Source of the DNA: Anaerolineales bacterium
GTDB lineage: Bacteria > Chloroflexota > Anaerolineae > Anaerolineales > UBA4823
Direction of reading: 5' to 3'
Length of the DNA stretch: 50,705 nt
NCBI GenBank assembly: GCA_041556275.1
Contig: JBFFIU010000001.1
Coordinates: forward strand, 1-50,705
The notes beneath the pieces were generated by a model. The model saw only the letters and a program-made list of their open reading frames with translations. It searched no databases and was not told the origin of the DNA. Positions 42,817-50,705 of this stretch are shown here, one piece after another. A program made the position numbers and the translations under genes. Within the stretch, counting starts at the first letter, position 1. Each line of letters opens with the position of its first letter.

Positions 42817-43629
42817 TCAACCAATGGCAGACTTTAATTGCCGGGCGATGTCACCGAATTCAGCGCTATAGCGCATGCCTTCATCCCTGGGTCGCGGCAG
42901 CTCCACGGGTAGATCTAAACGGATCTGTCCTGGACGTGGGCTGAGCACCAACACCCGGTCTGACAGAAACACTGCTTCGGGTATGGCATGAGTCACCATG
43001 ATCACGGTCTTGCGATGAGTCTGCCAGATGCGCAAGAGTTCATCTCCCATCCGTTCGCGGGTGAGCGCATCCAGGGCGCCAAATGGTTCATCCAGCAGTA
43101 GAATGCGCGGGTCGTGAACCAGGGCGCGGGCGATCGCTACCCGCTGTTCCATCCCTCCGGACAAGTCTCTGGGCAGTGAACCCTCAAAACCTTCCAACCC
43201 AACCAAGCCCACCAGTTCCTGCGCCCGCTGGCGCGCCATGCTGGTTGGTATTTGCTGTAATTCCAATGGTAATGTAATATTCTCCAATACTGTCCTCCAG
43301 GGCATCAGATTCGCCTTCTGAAAGACAAAGCCAATCTCTCGCCGGGGGCCAAATAGTTTCTCCCCATCGTAAAAAACTTCTCCCCTTGTTGGAGACAACA
43401 AACCAGCCAACACCCGCAGCAGAGTGCTCTTACCGCTCCCAGAGGGACCCAAAATACAAACAAATTCTTCAGCCTGCACTGAAAAAGAGATCTGCTCCAA
43501 CACATCCAGGCCCACCTCCCCATCTGGAAATATCAGGCTCACATCTCGAACACTCAAGGTCGACCCTTCACCCAGAGGCTGTTGAAGGGGCTCGAATTTG
43601 GTCTTGATCCGATCACTCGACAAATTCAT
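42817..43629 (-). CDS. ABC transporter ATP-binding protein (NitT/TauT family)
   Basis: Walker A GPSGSGKST, signature LSGGMEQRVAIARAL, Walker B LLLDEPFGALD. Confidence 0.9.
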   Translation of the reverse strand: MNLSSDRIKTKFEPLQQPLGEGSTLSVRDVSLIFPDGEVGLDVLEQISFSVQAEEFVCILGPSGSGKSTLLRVLAGLLSPTRGEVFYDGEKLFGPRREIGFVFQKANLMPWRTVLENITLPLELQQIPTSMARQRAQELVGLVGLEGFEGSLPRDLSGGMEQRVAIARALVHDPRILLLDEPFGALDALTRERMGDELLRIWQTHRKTVIMVTHAIPEAVFLSDRVLVLSPRPGQIRLDLPVELPRPRDEGMRYSAEFGDIARQLKSAIG

Positions 43630-44629
43630 TTGTATATGCCTGGTCTATGTTTAGCGGCTGGGACAGCAATCCCATATCCAGCAGGATGGATTGCATGTTC
43701 TCCCAAGCAGCAGCATTTGAATACCCTAATCTATCTGTCTCCCAGAATCGAAGCGAGGCGGTTAAGACCTCTCTCTGGACAGACTGGTCAGCCTGGTCAA
43801 GATTCTCCACATATTTCTTGCTGATCTCAAAGGCCTCGTCCGGGTTGTCGAGCGTATCTGCCAGCCCGCGCAAACTGGCCTCCACCAATCGCCTCACCAG
43901 GTCTGGATTTTCGCTGATCGTCTTCTCGTTGGAGATGAGACCATTGGAGGCGAGCTGCACGTAATCCGCTACCTGGATCAGATCTATTTCATAGCCCAGT
44001 GCACCCAGCTGGATCGGCTCATTATTGGCGTATATCACCACAGCCTGATCCTGGTCTGTCGCCAGCGCCTCCACCTGGTTGAAACCGATCGAGTCGAGGA
44101 TGACATCATCCTCCCCTAGTCCAGCTTCGTTGAGCAGGGCGCGCAATCCAATGTAGTTGGCTCCGAACAACCCTGGCAGCCCAATGCGCTTGCCAGCCAG
44201 GTCCTGCGGGGTTTGCATACCTTGCTCTGATTTGGCGACTACACCTACTGGATACTCCTGCCACCAAGCCATGATATAAACGATTGGCAGATCTTGTGCC
44301 CGGGCTAACAGGACCTGTTCGCCGGAGACCAGGGCGAATTGCAAATCATCAGACCCGACCAGCGTCACGCCATCGGTTTCTAAACTGTAATCGAATTCAA
44401 CCTCAATACCATTCTCACGAAAATAGCCTTTATCAACCGCTACATAAAATGGCGCGTACTGCACATTGGGGATGAAACCCATCGATAAACGAATATTGTC
44501 TAATTCCTGTGTAGCAATGGGTTGTGTGCGGTCTTGTTCGATCTGAGCATCAGCACAAGCGGTGATAATCGCCGCTATCCCACAAATCAGGATGAGAATA
44601 CGCCAGTGAAACATGTTTGTATGCTCCAT
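43613..44629 (-). CDS. ABC substrate-binding lipoprotein (NMT1/THI5-like, SsuA/ThiY-type)
   Basis: Lipobox ITAC. LSMGFIPNVQYAPFYVAVDKGYFRENGIEVEF is typical of this SBP family. Confidence 0.8.
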   Translation of the reverse strand: MEHTNMFHWRILILICGIAAIITACADAQIEQDRTQPIATQELDNIRLSMGFIPNVQYAPFYVAVDKGYFRENGIEVEFDYSLETDGVTLVGSDDLQFALVSGEQVLLARAQDLPIVYIMAWWQEYPVGVVAKSEQGMQTPQDLAGKRIGLPGLFGANYIGLRALLNEAGLGEDDVILDSIGFNQVEALATDQDQAVVIYANNEPIQLGALGYEIDLIQVADYVQLASNGLISNEKTISENPDLVRRLVEASLRGLADTLDNPDEAFEISKKYVENLDQADQSVQREVLTASLRFWETDRLGYSNAAAWENMQSILLDMGLLSQPLNIDQAYTNEFVE

Positions 44630-44707
44630 TAATCCTTCACGAAGATTTCCTGGTGTTCAACTCTCACAGAAGGACCACATCAAGATGAGCGATTCATTGT
44701 CCAATTA

Positions 44708-45523
44708 TTAACCAGAACTGTCTGGGCGCTGCTGCCAGGATAGCAAGCGCAATTCAATCAGGACCACCAAGCCATACAGGGTCAAAGCCATACCAACCAG
44801 GGTGAAGATGGCCACAAACACCAGCGCTGTGTCGAACTGCCCACGACCGATGTTGATCAGAAAACCAAGGCCGCGGTCAGCTCCCACGAACTCGCCAACC
44901 ACAGCTCCAATGACAGCCAGCGTAGCCCCGATTCTCAACCCGCCCAGGAATACAGGTAAAGCGGCAGGGACCTCCAGGTATTTGAACGTCTGCCAGCGTG
45001 AGGCCTGCAGCGAGCGCATCAAGTTCCGCAGCTCGTCAGGCACAGAGCGTAAGCCAACAATAGTATTGATCAGCACCGGGAAGAAAACGATCAGGGCACA
45101 GATCATCACCTTGGAAAGCAAACCAGGACCAAACCAAATCACTAACAAAGGCGCAATTGCCACGATGGGAATGGATTGGCTGGCGACGATATAGGGCGCT
45201 AAAAAGCGTTCGAAGGTTTGCGATTTCGCCAGCAGATATCCCAGTGTAGTTGCCGCGCTGACTCCCAGAGCCAATCCTGCCAGAACCTCGCTTAAAGTAA
45301 CCCCGATATGATACAGCAAGCGTCCTTCCAGCAAAGCAATGAGGAAGCGTTTCCAAACTAAAGCAGGAGCAGGCAGCATGTAAGCCGGGTATCCCCCCAG
45401 CTGTGCAATAAGGTGCCAGATCAGCAGCGCTAGAGCGATTGAAAATGGCACCAGATAATATCCACGCCGCTGTAAGAGACGACTCGAACCAAGGGCAACT
45501 TTTCGCGTATCTATCAAATCCAT
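44708..45523 (-). CDS. ABC transporter permease (NitT/TauT family)
   Basis: 271 aa with 6 TM helices and an EAA-like loop (LMRSLQASRWQTFKYLEVPAALP). Confidence 0.85.
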   Translation of the reverse strand: MDLIDTRKVALGSSRLLQRRGYYLVPFSIALALLIWHLIAQLGGYPAYMLPAPALVWKRFLIALLEGRLLYHIGVTLSEVLAGLALGVSAATTLGYLLAKSQTFERFLAPYIVASQSIPIVAIAPLLVIWFGPGLLSKVMICALIVFFPVLINTIVGLRSVPDELRNLMRSLQASRWQTFKYLEVPAALPVFLGGLRIGATLAVIGAVVGEFVGADRGLGFLINIGRGQFDTALVFVAIFTLVGMALTLYGLVVLIELRLLSWQQRPDSSG

Positions 45524-45598
45524 GTCAGGTTTTCCTAGGCATAGAAATGCCCCGAATAAATCGGGGCAGGGGAAATGAAACAGGTCGGGGAGGTCGCC

Positions 45599-45634
45599 TC
45601 AAAATAAAACCCGAAAACTAAATCGTTTTCGGGG
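45599..45634 (-). terminator. Leader attenuator (intrinsic terminator inside the 5' UTR of the ABC operon)
   Basis: The minus-strand RNA reads CCCGAAAAC-GAUUUA-GUUUUCGGG followed by UUUUAUUUU. Confidence 0.55.
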
Positions 45635-45654
45635 CACGCAAGATAACAACCACG

Positions 45655-45845
45655 CCCAATCAGGCGAGTTTCATGAAACCTTCTTCCATCCGGACTTTAC
45701 CGTCGGCCCCGGAGTTTCACCGGATCATGCTTTAGCGCAGCTCTCACCAGTTTTCCTGAAGAGTTGCACCCAGCTCGTGGGCTTTACCACCGGTCGGGAA
45801 TTACGTGACAAATGGTTTTGTCAGTTCACCCTGCCCCGAAGGTCT
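45655..45845 (-). promoter_or_regulatory. Riboswitch-like structured leader. Best guess is a cobalamin-class aptamer, unverified.
   Basis: The minus-strand RNA contains ...GAUCCGGUGAAACUCCGGGGCCGACGGUAAAGUCCGGAUGGAAGAAGG.... The GGUGAAAxUCC ... ACGGU ... AAGUCCGGA (B12-box-like) order resembles my recollection of short cobalamin riboswitches. An attenuator and competing pairings lie downstream. Confidence 0.4.
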
Positions 45846-45862
45846 GATATTTTATTAGCATA

Positions 45863-45891
45863 ATTATATCTCGATGCATACAAAAAATCAA
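45863..45891 (-). promoter_or_regulatory. Sigma-70-type promoter for the ABC-operon leader
   Basis: On the minus strand, TTGATT (45891-45886), a 17-nt spacer, then TATAAT (45868-45863). Confidence 0.4.
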
Positions 45892-45961
45892 TCAAAGTAG
45901 AAGGTAGAGAAAAGGGAAACGCCGAATAAGCCAGTATTTTTACCTAAACAGCAAATCAAAT

Positions 45962-46255
45962 TCAGCCGAATAAGAGATAGATAATCAACAGTATCAGAGC
46001 AGGAATGCCGAGACCAATCGCTAAATTGAGCCAGTGATTGTCACTGCGGGTCAAGGCAGCCCCGGCACGCATGAAACCGCCGAGACTGGTCAACACCCCT
46101 CCAATGACCGCGCTCCACAGCACCACCGAGAACAGACTGAATCTCTCTTGCAAAGCTGGGAAAAGCATCACTAAAGCCCACCCTACTGCTGCGCCTCCAA
46201 ATATCCCAACCCACTGCCGCCCCCATTTTTTATTATCCTGGTTTGAAGATCCCAC
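45962..46255 (-). CDS. Small hypothetical membrane protein (3 predicted TM helices)
   Basis: 97 aa with a GTG start. Hydrophobic segments WVGIFGGAAVGWALVMLFPAL, LFSVVLWSAVIGGVLTSLGGF, WLNLAIGLGIPALILLIIYLLF. Confidence 0.45.
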   Translation of the reverse strand: MGSSNQDNKKWGRQWVGIFGGAAVGWALVMLFPALQERFSLFSVVLWSAVIGGVLTSLGGFMRAGAALTRSDNHWLNLAIGLGIPALILLIIYLLFG

Positions 46256-46469
46256 GATTACAAACCTTATTGATCGATTAATTCTGAATTAGACTGGAGA
46301 TATCCCATTGACATCCAAATCGATTCATGTGATACTTGCCATCACAATGGTGGAAGAACCACCCCTCCTTGCTATCCCACCGACAAGGAGGTGATGCCGA
46401 TGATTGATAGTACCAAACCTAGCGCTGCGGCATCCCTCCTCCTTCGTGGATAAGGAAGCCGCAGCGCGC

Positions 46470-46500
46470 CAGGAAGCCATCAAAATTTGATGGCTTCCTG
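46470..46500. terminator. 15-bp perfect inverted repeat just 3' of hbd
   Basis: CAGGAAGCCATCAAA / TTTGATGGCTTCCTG. A T-rich tail is present only on the plus strand (TGTGTTTAAT). Confidence 0.4.
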
Positions 46501-46505
46501 TGTGT

Positions 46506-47351
46506 TTAATAAACATAGAATCCTCGACCGGTCTTGCGACCCAAGTACCCGGCGTCTACCATTTTACGCAGCAGAGGCGCCGGGCGATACTTATCTTCCC
46601 CGAGATCGCGGTGTAGCACCTCCATCACGAAGAGAACGACATCCAGGCCAATCAGATCGCACAAGGTCAGCGGACCCATCGGATGGTTCATGCCCAATCT
46701 CATCACACTATCGATCGCTTCTGGTTCCCCAACGCCCTCTTGCAGTGCGAAAATGGCCTCATTGATCATGGGACATAAGATCCGGTTGGAGATAAATCCC
46801 GGAGAGTCTTTGGCTTCTACCGGTTCCTTACCCATTTGCCGGGCGAGCTCGATTGCAGTGGTTGTGGTTTCATCTGAAGTTCCCAATCCGCGGATGATCT
46901 CAACCAATCGCATAAGTGGCACCGGGTTGAAAAAGTGCATCCCGACCACTTTGTCAGGTCTGCTTGTCATCCCGCCGATCTTGGTCAAGCTGATCGAAGA
47001 GGTATTGGAAGCCAGGATCACCTCTGGGCGCGCCAGCTCATCCAGGTCGGAGAAGATCTTGTGCTTCAGTTCAGGGTTTTCTGTGGCAGCTTCAATAACG
47101 TAATCCGCTTGCGGGACGGAATCCAGGCTGCCAGTCATGGCGATCTGATTGGCAGCTGATTTTCTTTCCTCACTGATCAGGTCTTTACTGGCCAGTTTTT
47201 CGACAGACTTAGAAATCGTAGTCCGGGCACGTTCGAGTTGCTCGGGCAGGACATCCATCAAAGTGACCTGGAAGCCTGAAACCGCGGCTGTCTGCGCAAT
47301 GCCATTGCCCATCGTCCCTGCCCCGACCACGAATATGTGCTCTATCTCCAT
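46506..47351 (-). CDS. hbd: 3-hydroxybutyryl-CoA dehydrogenase
   Basis: [21 protein letters not shown]-binding fold, [21 protein letters not shown]. Confidence 0.9.
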   Translation of the reverse strand: MEIEHIFVVGAGTMGNGIAQTAAVSGFQVTLMDVLPEQLERARTTISKSVEKLASKDLISEERKSAANQIAMTGSLDSVPQADYVIEAATENPELKHKIFSDLDELARPEVILASNTSSISLTKIGGMTSRPDKVVGMHFFNPVPLMRLVEIIRGLGTSDETTTTAIELARQMGKEPVEAKDSPGFISNRILCPMINEAIFALQEGVGEPEAIDSVMRLGMNHPMGPLTLCDLIGLDVVLFVMEVLHRDLGEDKYRPAPLLRKMVDAGYLGRKTGRGFYVY

Positions 47352-47362
47352 AAAAGACCTCC

Positions 47363-48571
47363 CTAGCCCTCTATTTCAATCGCCATCGCCACAGCTTCAG
47401 CGCCGCCCAGACAAAGAGCAGCGATACCACGCTTTAATCCCCGATCGCGCAAGGCAAATATTAAAGTAACCAGAATACGTGCACCACTGGCCCCGATCGG
47501 ATGCCCTAAGGCGATTCCACCCCCATTAACATTGACTTTACTCCAATCCCAGCCCTGCTCTGAAAGAGCCGCGCCATTGGCGAGCACCTGGGCCGCAAAA
47601 GCTTCATTCAGTTCGATCAGATCAACTTCGGCTAATGACCAGCCAACTTTCTTCAGCAAACCAGGGATGGCATGTGAAGGTGCATCAAAAAGATATTTAG
47701 GTTGCACAGCGGCCTGATGATAACCAATGATCCGTGCCATGGGTTTTATCCCTGACCGGTTTGCTTTATCGTTACTGGCTACAACTACTGCGGCAGCCCC
47801 ATCATTCAATCCAGGTGCGTTGCCCGCGGTCACTTTACCATCCTTCTGGAAGACGGGCTTGAGATTCGCGAGTGCCTCGATTGAAGTATCTCTACGAGGT
47901 GTCTCATCGGTGTCAAATATGGACACTTTACCCTTGCGACCATCTACCTCCACCGGCACGATCTCGTCTTTAAACTTACCGGCGTCAATTGCGGCGATTG
48001 CTTTATGATGGCTGGCTAAAGCCAATTCATCCATCGCTTGGCGAGAGACTTCATACTCCTCGGCAATGAACTCAGCCGCATCACCCATACCCCAATCCTC
48101 AAATGGATCCCAGAGCCCATCGAGCAGAAGAGCATCGGTCAATTCTCCATGTCCATAACGCAGTTCTCCACTGCGATTGGCAATAAGGTAAGGCGCACGG
48201 CTCATATTCTCCATTCCGCCTGCCAGGTACAATTCACCATCGCCAGCTTTCACAGATTGAGCTGCCAACATTACCGTTTTTAATCCCGATCCACAAACTT
48301 TATTAATAGTGGTTGCGCCCACAGTTTCAGGTAAGCCACTGAAAATTGCAGCCTGGCGCGCTGGATTCTGGCCGAGGCCGGCTGAAACCACATTGCCCAT
48401 AAAGACTTCATCTATCTCAGCCGCATCCTTTATCCCTGCCCGCTCGACAGCAGCTTTAAGGACAGTCGCGCCCAGCCGGGGGGCGGGGATACCCTTCAGA
48501 GTCCCGAGAAAGCGACCTGTTGGCGTACGAGCAGCGCTGAGAATAACCGGTGTATGATCATTTGACGCCAT
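47363..48571 (-). CDS. Acetyl-CoA C-acetyltransferase (thiolase II)
   Basis: [12 protein letters not shown] (active-site Cys), [28 protein letters not shown]. Confidence 0.9.
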   Translation of the reverse strand: MASNDHTPVILSAARTPTGRFLGTLKGIPAPRLGATVLKAAVERAGIKDAAEIDEVFMGNVVSAGLGQNPARQAAIFSGLPETVGATTINKVCGSGLKTVMLAAQSVKAGDGELYLAGGMENMSRAPYLIANRSGELRYGHGELTDALLLDGLWDPFEDWGMGDAAEFIAEEYEVSRQAMDELALASHHKAIAAIDAGKFKDEIVPVEVDGRKGKVSIFDTDETPRRDTSIEALANLKPVFQKDGKVTAGNAPGLNDGAAAVVVASNDKANRSGIKPMARIIGYHQAAVQPKYLFDAPSHAIPGLLKKVGWSLAEVDLIELNEAFAAQVLANGAALSEQGWDWSKVNVNGGGIALGHPIGASGARILVTLIFALRDRGLKRGIAALCLGGAEAVAMAIEIEG

Positions 48572-48635
48572 TCTTGAACCTCCTTGAAGGTCTAATTCGA
48601 TAAGTCTAACGCTGTTATAGAGAGGAAGGACATAC

Positions 48636-49130
48636 TCACTTGGGATATACCTTTTGCCAGGATTTCAGCAAGCGGAGATAGGTATCTTCGAGGGTTTCTG
48701 GGAGCACGCGTGTACTTCCAAGTGTAGACATGAAATTCGTATCACCTGTCCAACGCGGTACAACATGCAGATGCACATGTTCTATGATTCCAGCTCCCGC
48801 CGCCTCACCGACGTTTACACCTATATTGAAGCCTTGGGCGTTGTATTCCTTACTCAGCAGGGACATCAGCTGCGTGGCCAGCTCCATCATCTCCGACCGC
48901 TCGATCGGCTGCAACCCCTCCAGTGAGGCTTCGTGAGTGTAAGGCACCACCATTAAATGTCCGCTGGTGTAAGGGTAGCGATTAAGAATCACAAATGCCT
49001 GCTGGCCACGATGAAGGATCAAATTATCTGGACCATCAGGCATACCCTGGGCTTCGCAGAACACGCATCCTTCTTCTTCTTTTTGCCTTTGAATGTATGC
49101 CATGCGCCAGGGAGACCAAATATATTTCAT
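48636..49130 (-). CDS. HIT-family nucleotide hydrolase/transferase
   Basis: MKYIWSPWRMAYI..., histidine triad HVHLHVVPRW. I preferred the ATG at 49130 to the upstream track start at 49172. Confidence 0.8.
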   Translation of the reverse strand: MKYIWSPWRMAYIQRQKEEEGCVFCEAQGMPDGPDNLILHRGQQAFVILNRYPYTSGHLMVVPYTHEASLEGLQPIERSEMMELATQLMSLLSKEYNAQGFNIGVNVGEAAGAGIIEHVHLHVVPRWTGDTNFMSTLGSTRVLPETLEDTYLRLLKSWQKVYPK

Positions 49131-49303
49131 TGGTTGATGAGTTAATCTTCGCTGAGCGAGATCGGACCCCACAAGGGGATATGCAACTATTATTGTAGCA
49201 GAAAACCCACCCTCAAGGAATAGTTGACAACCCCCAAGCGAGCGGGTATCCTCCTAATTGAAATCCCGATCCTTATCACAATTGAAATGGATGATTATTC
49301 CAG

Positions 49304-50542
49304 ATGACGCAAATTCCGTTGTTTCAAATCCCAACCTGGTCAGTAACTGAACTGACGCGCTACCTGCGTGATCTTTTGGAGAGCGACGAGAATCTACAGG
49401 ATTTGTGGGTGGAAGGAGAAGTGTCCAACCTTTCGCAGCCTTCTTCGGGTCACTTGTACTTTACGATAAAGGATAGCAGTTCCGCTTTGCGCTGCGTGAT
49501 GTGGCGCAACGCAGTCACTCGACAGGCTTTTCTGCCCCGTGATGGCGATGCCATCGAAGTTCATGGGAACATCAGCCTGTACGAAGCCAGCGGGTATTAT
49601 CAACTTTACGCCGACTTGATCCGACCAGCAGGTGAAGGAGCTCTTTATCAGGAATTCCTGCGCTTAAAGGCTCAGCTGGAAAGCGAGGGGCTATTTGACC
49701 CACTGCGCAAGAAACCTATACCACCCTGGCCACGGATTATCGGGATCGTCACATCACCTACCGGAGCCGCATTGAGGGACATGCTCAGGACAATTAAGCG
49801 CCGTTACCCACCAGTCGAGATTATCCTTGCGCCAACGGCAGTTCAGGGTGAGGAAGCCCCTGCTGGCATCCTGACCGCAATTGAATCCTTGAACCGGTTG
49901 GTAAAGCCAGATGTGATCTTGCTCGCCCGCGGAGGCGGCTCGATCGAAGATTTACGCGCCTTCAATGACGAAAGCGTAGCGCGCGCCATCGTAGACTCAC
50001 AAGCCCCCGTGATCACGGGAGTCGGACACGAAACCGATTTCACCATCGCGGATTTCGCTGCTGACCTGCGTGCAGCCACACCGACCGCAGCCGCAGAACT
50101 CGCTACACCGGATCAGGCGGATTTACGCCAGGCCTTGTCCGCCTTGAGCGCGGATAATCTGCGGGCGATGCAGCTCCTTCTTCAAACCCGGCGCACAGAA
50201 CTGGAGAGGTCTCACAGCCTCCTTTTATCCCGCTCCCCCCTGGGGCGTGTGCGCAGGGATCGCCAGCGCCTGGATGAATTGAACCTTCGGGGGAGTATTG
50301 CATTGATGCACACATTGGAGATCGATCGCGCCAGACTCGCCGGTCTGGATCTGCGCCTTAGAGCTCTTAATCCCCAGGCTATCCTGGAACGAGGTTTCTC
50401 TATCGTTACTCATTTGGATGGGAGAATTGTGCGCTCCGTTCAGCAGGTTCAGCCTGAAGATGACCTGCAAGTGCGGGTCAGCGATGGCGAATTCGGTGCG
50501 CGGGTGCAGGACCCTGGAAGCGCTGAGAGGGACAAGCCATGA
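49304..50542 (+). CDS. xseA: Exodeoxyribonuclease VII large subunit
   Basis: WVEGEVSNLSQPSSGHLYFTIKDSSSALRCVMWR (OB-fold N-terminus), GIVTSPTGAALRD, ARGGGSIEDL. Confidence 0.9.
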   Translation: MTQIPLFQIPTWSVTELTRYLRDLLESDENLQDLWVEGEVSNLSQPSSGHLYFTIKDSSSALRCVMWRNAVTRQAFLPRDGDAIEVHGNISLYEASGYYQLYADLIRPAGEGALYQEFLRLKAQLESEGLFDPLRKKPIPPWPRIIGIVTSPTGAALRDMLRTIKRRYPPVEIILAPTAVQGEEAPAGILTAIESLNRLVKPDVILLARGGGSIEDLRAFNDESVARAIVDSQAPVITGVGHETDFTIADFAADLRAATPTAAAELATPDQADLRQALSALSADNLRAMQLLLQTRRTELERSHSLLLSRSPLGRVRRDRQRLDELNLRGSIALMHTLEIDRARLAGLDLRLRALNPQAILERGFSIVTHLDGRIVRSVQQVQPEDDLQVRVSDGEFGARVQDPGSAERDKP

Positions 50543-50705
50543 ACTACCCAAAGAATGAGCTGATCGAATGTGCATATTGTAGTGTGAAATCACCAACCAG
50601 CGAGATCGAATGTCCTGCCTGCGGTGCACCTTTGGAAGAAGGCCCCCTGACCAGTGAATTCAGAGAAAATTCACTTGAAGAATTGATCGAAAACTCCAAT
50701 CAAAC
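50539..50705 (+). CDS. Partial ORF, a zinc-ribbon protein in the position where xseB is expected (3' end off window)
   Basis: The ATG overlaps the xseA stop (ATGA). Translation MNYPKNELIECAYCSVKSPTSEIECPACGAPLEEGPLTSEFRENSLEELIENSNQ... is open to the window end. Confidence 0.35.
   Translation, partial: MNYPKNELIECAYCSVKSPTSEIECPACGAPLEEGPLTSEFRENSLEELIENSNQ

Noticed and set aside
45655-45845. TPP (THI-box) riboswitch, expected from the NMT1/THI5-like transporter context
   Set aside because: I could not find the invariant CUGAGA element or the ACCUGAUCUGGAUAAUGCCAGCG-type pyrophosphate-sensor helix. The nearest strings are GGUGAGAG and UGAUCCGGUGAAACUCCGG. It remains an alternative to be tested with the Rfam model rather than excluded outright.
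1-50705. Search for tRNA, rRNA, CRISPR arrays, transposases or integrases
   Set aside because: No intergenic region shows tRNA-like T-arm/acceptor patterns or rRNA-like sequence. There are no regularly spaced direct repeats, and no ORF has transposase, integrase or recombinase motifs.

Overview
This 50.7 kb window is a respiratory 'cytochrome island'. Gene content suggests a Chloroflexota (Anaerolineae-like) genome, but that is inference and I could not run a database search. Housekeeping genes sit at both edges. On the left are mutS2 (partial), a two-subunit class I fumarate/tartrate hydro-lyase, an MFS transporter, a peroxiredoxin, a DsbA-NhaA fusion and an OmpR-type two-component pair. On the right are an ABC importer with a riboswitch-like leader, thiolase and hbd, a HIT protein and xseA. 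The core (about 9.9-41.4 kb) has three parts. (1) A complete System I cytochrome c maturation operon on the minus strand, in transcription order ccmE-F-H-G, two non-canonical accessory genes, then ccmA-B-C-D and a TRASH-like gene. Its CcmE is the Cys-type (CxxxY) variant, and a four-helix-bundle (Avd-like) gene is inserted before ccmA. (2) A plus-strand operon encoding an octaheme lipoprotein, a NapC/NrfH-like multiheme protein, a Rieske protein, a split cytochrome b, and subunit IV fused to seven c-type heme domains. NarL-type two-component pairs flank it, and one of the kinases has two CXXCH motifs in its periplasmic sensor domain. (3) An Alternative Complex III cluster (actA, split actB1/B2, actC, D, E, no actF) followed by a triheme cytochrome. 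The most unusual observation is that three otherwise non-homologous multiheme cytochrome lipoproteins share one N-terminal module: signal peptide, LAAC lipobox, then 10-13 uninterrupted collagen-like Gly-X-Y triplets. Two of these genes also carry a near-identical CRP/FNR-type palindrome about 185-210 bp upstream. From the translations I count roughly 46-48 c-type heme-binding motifs in the window. No rRNA, tRNA, CRISPR array or transposase was recognised.
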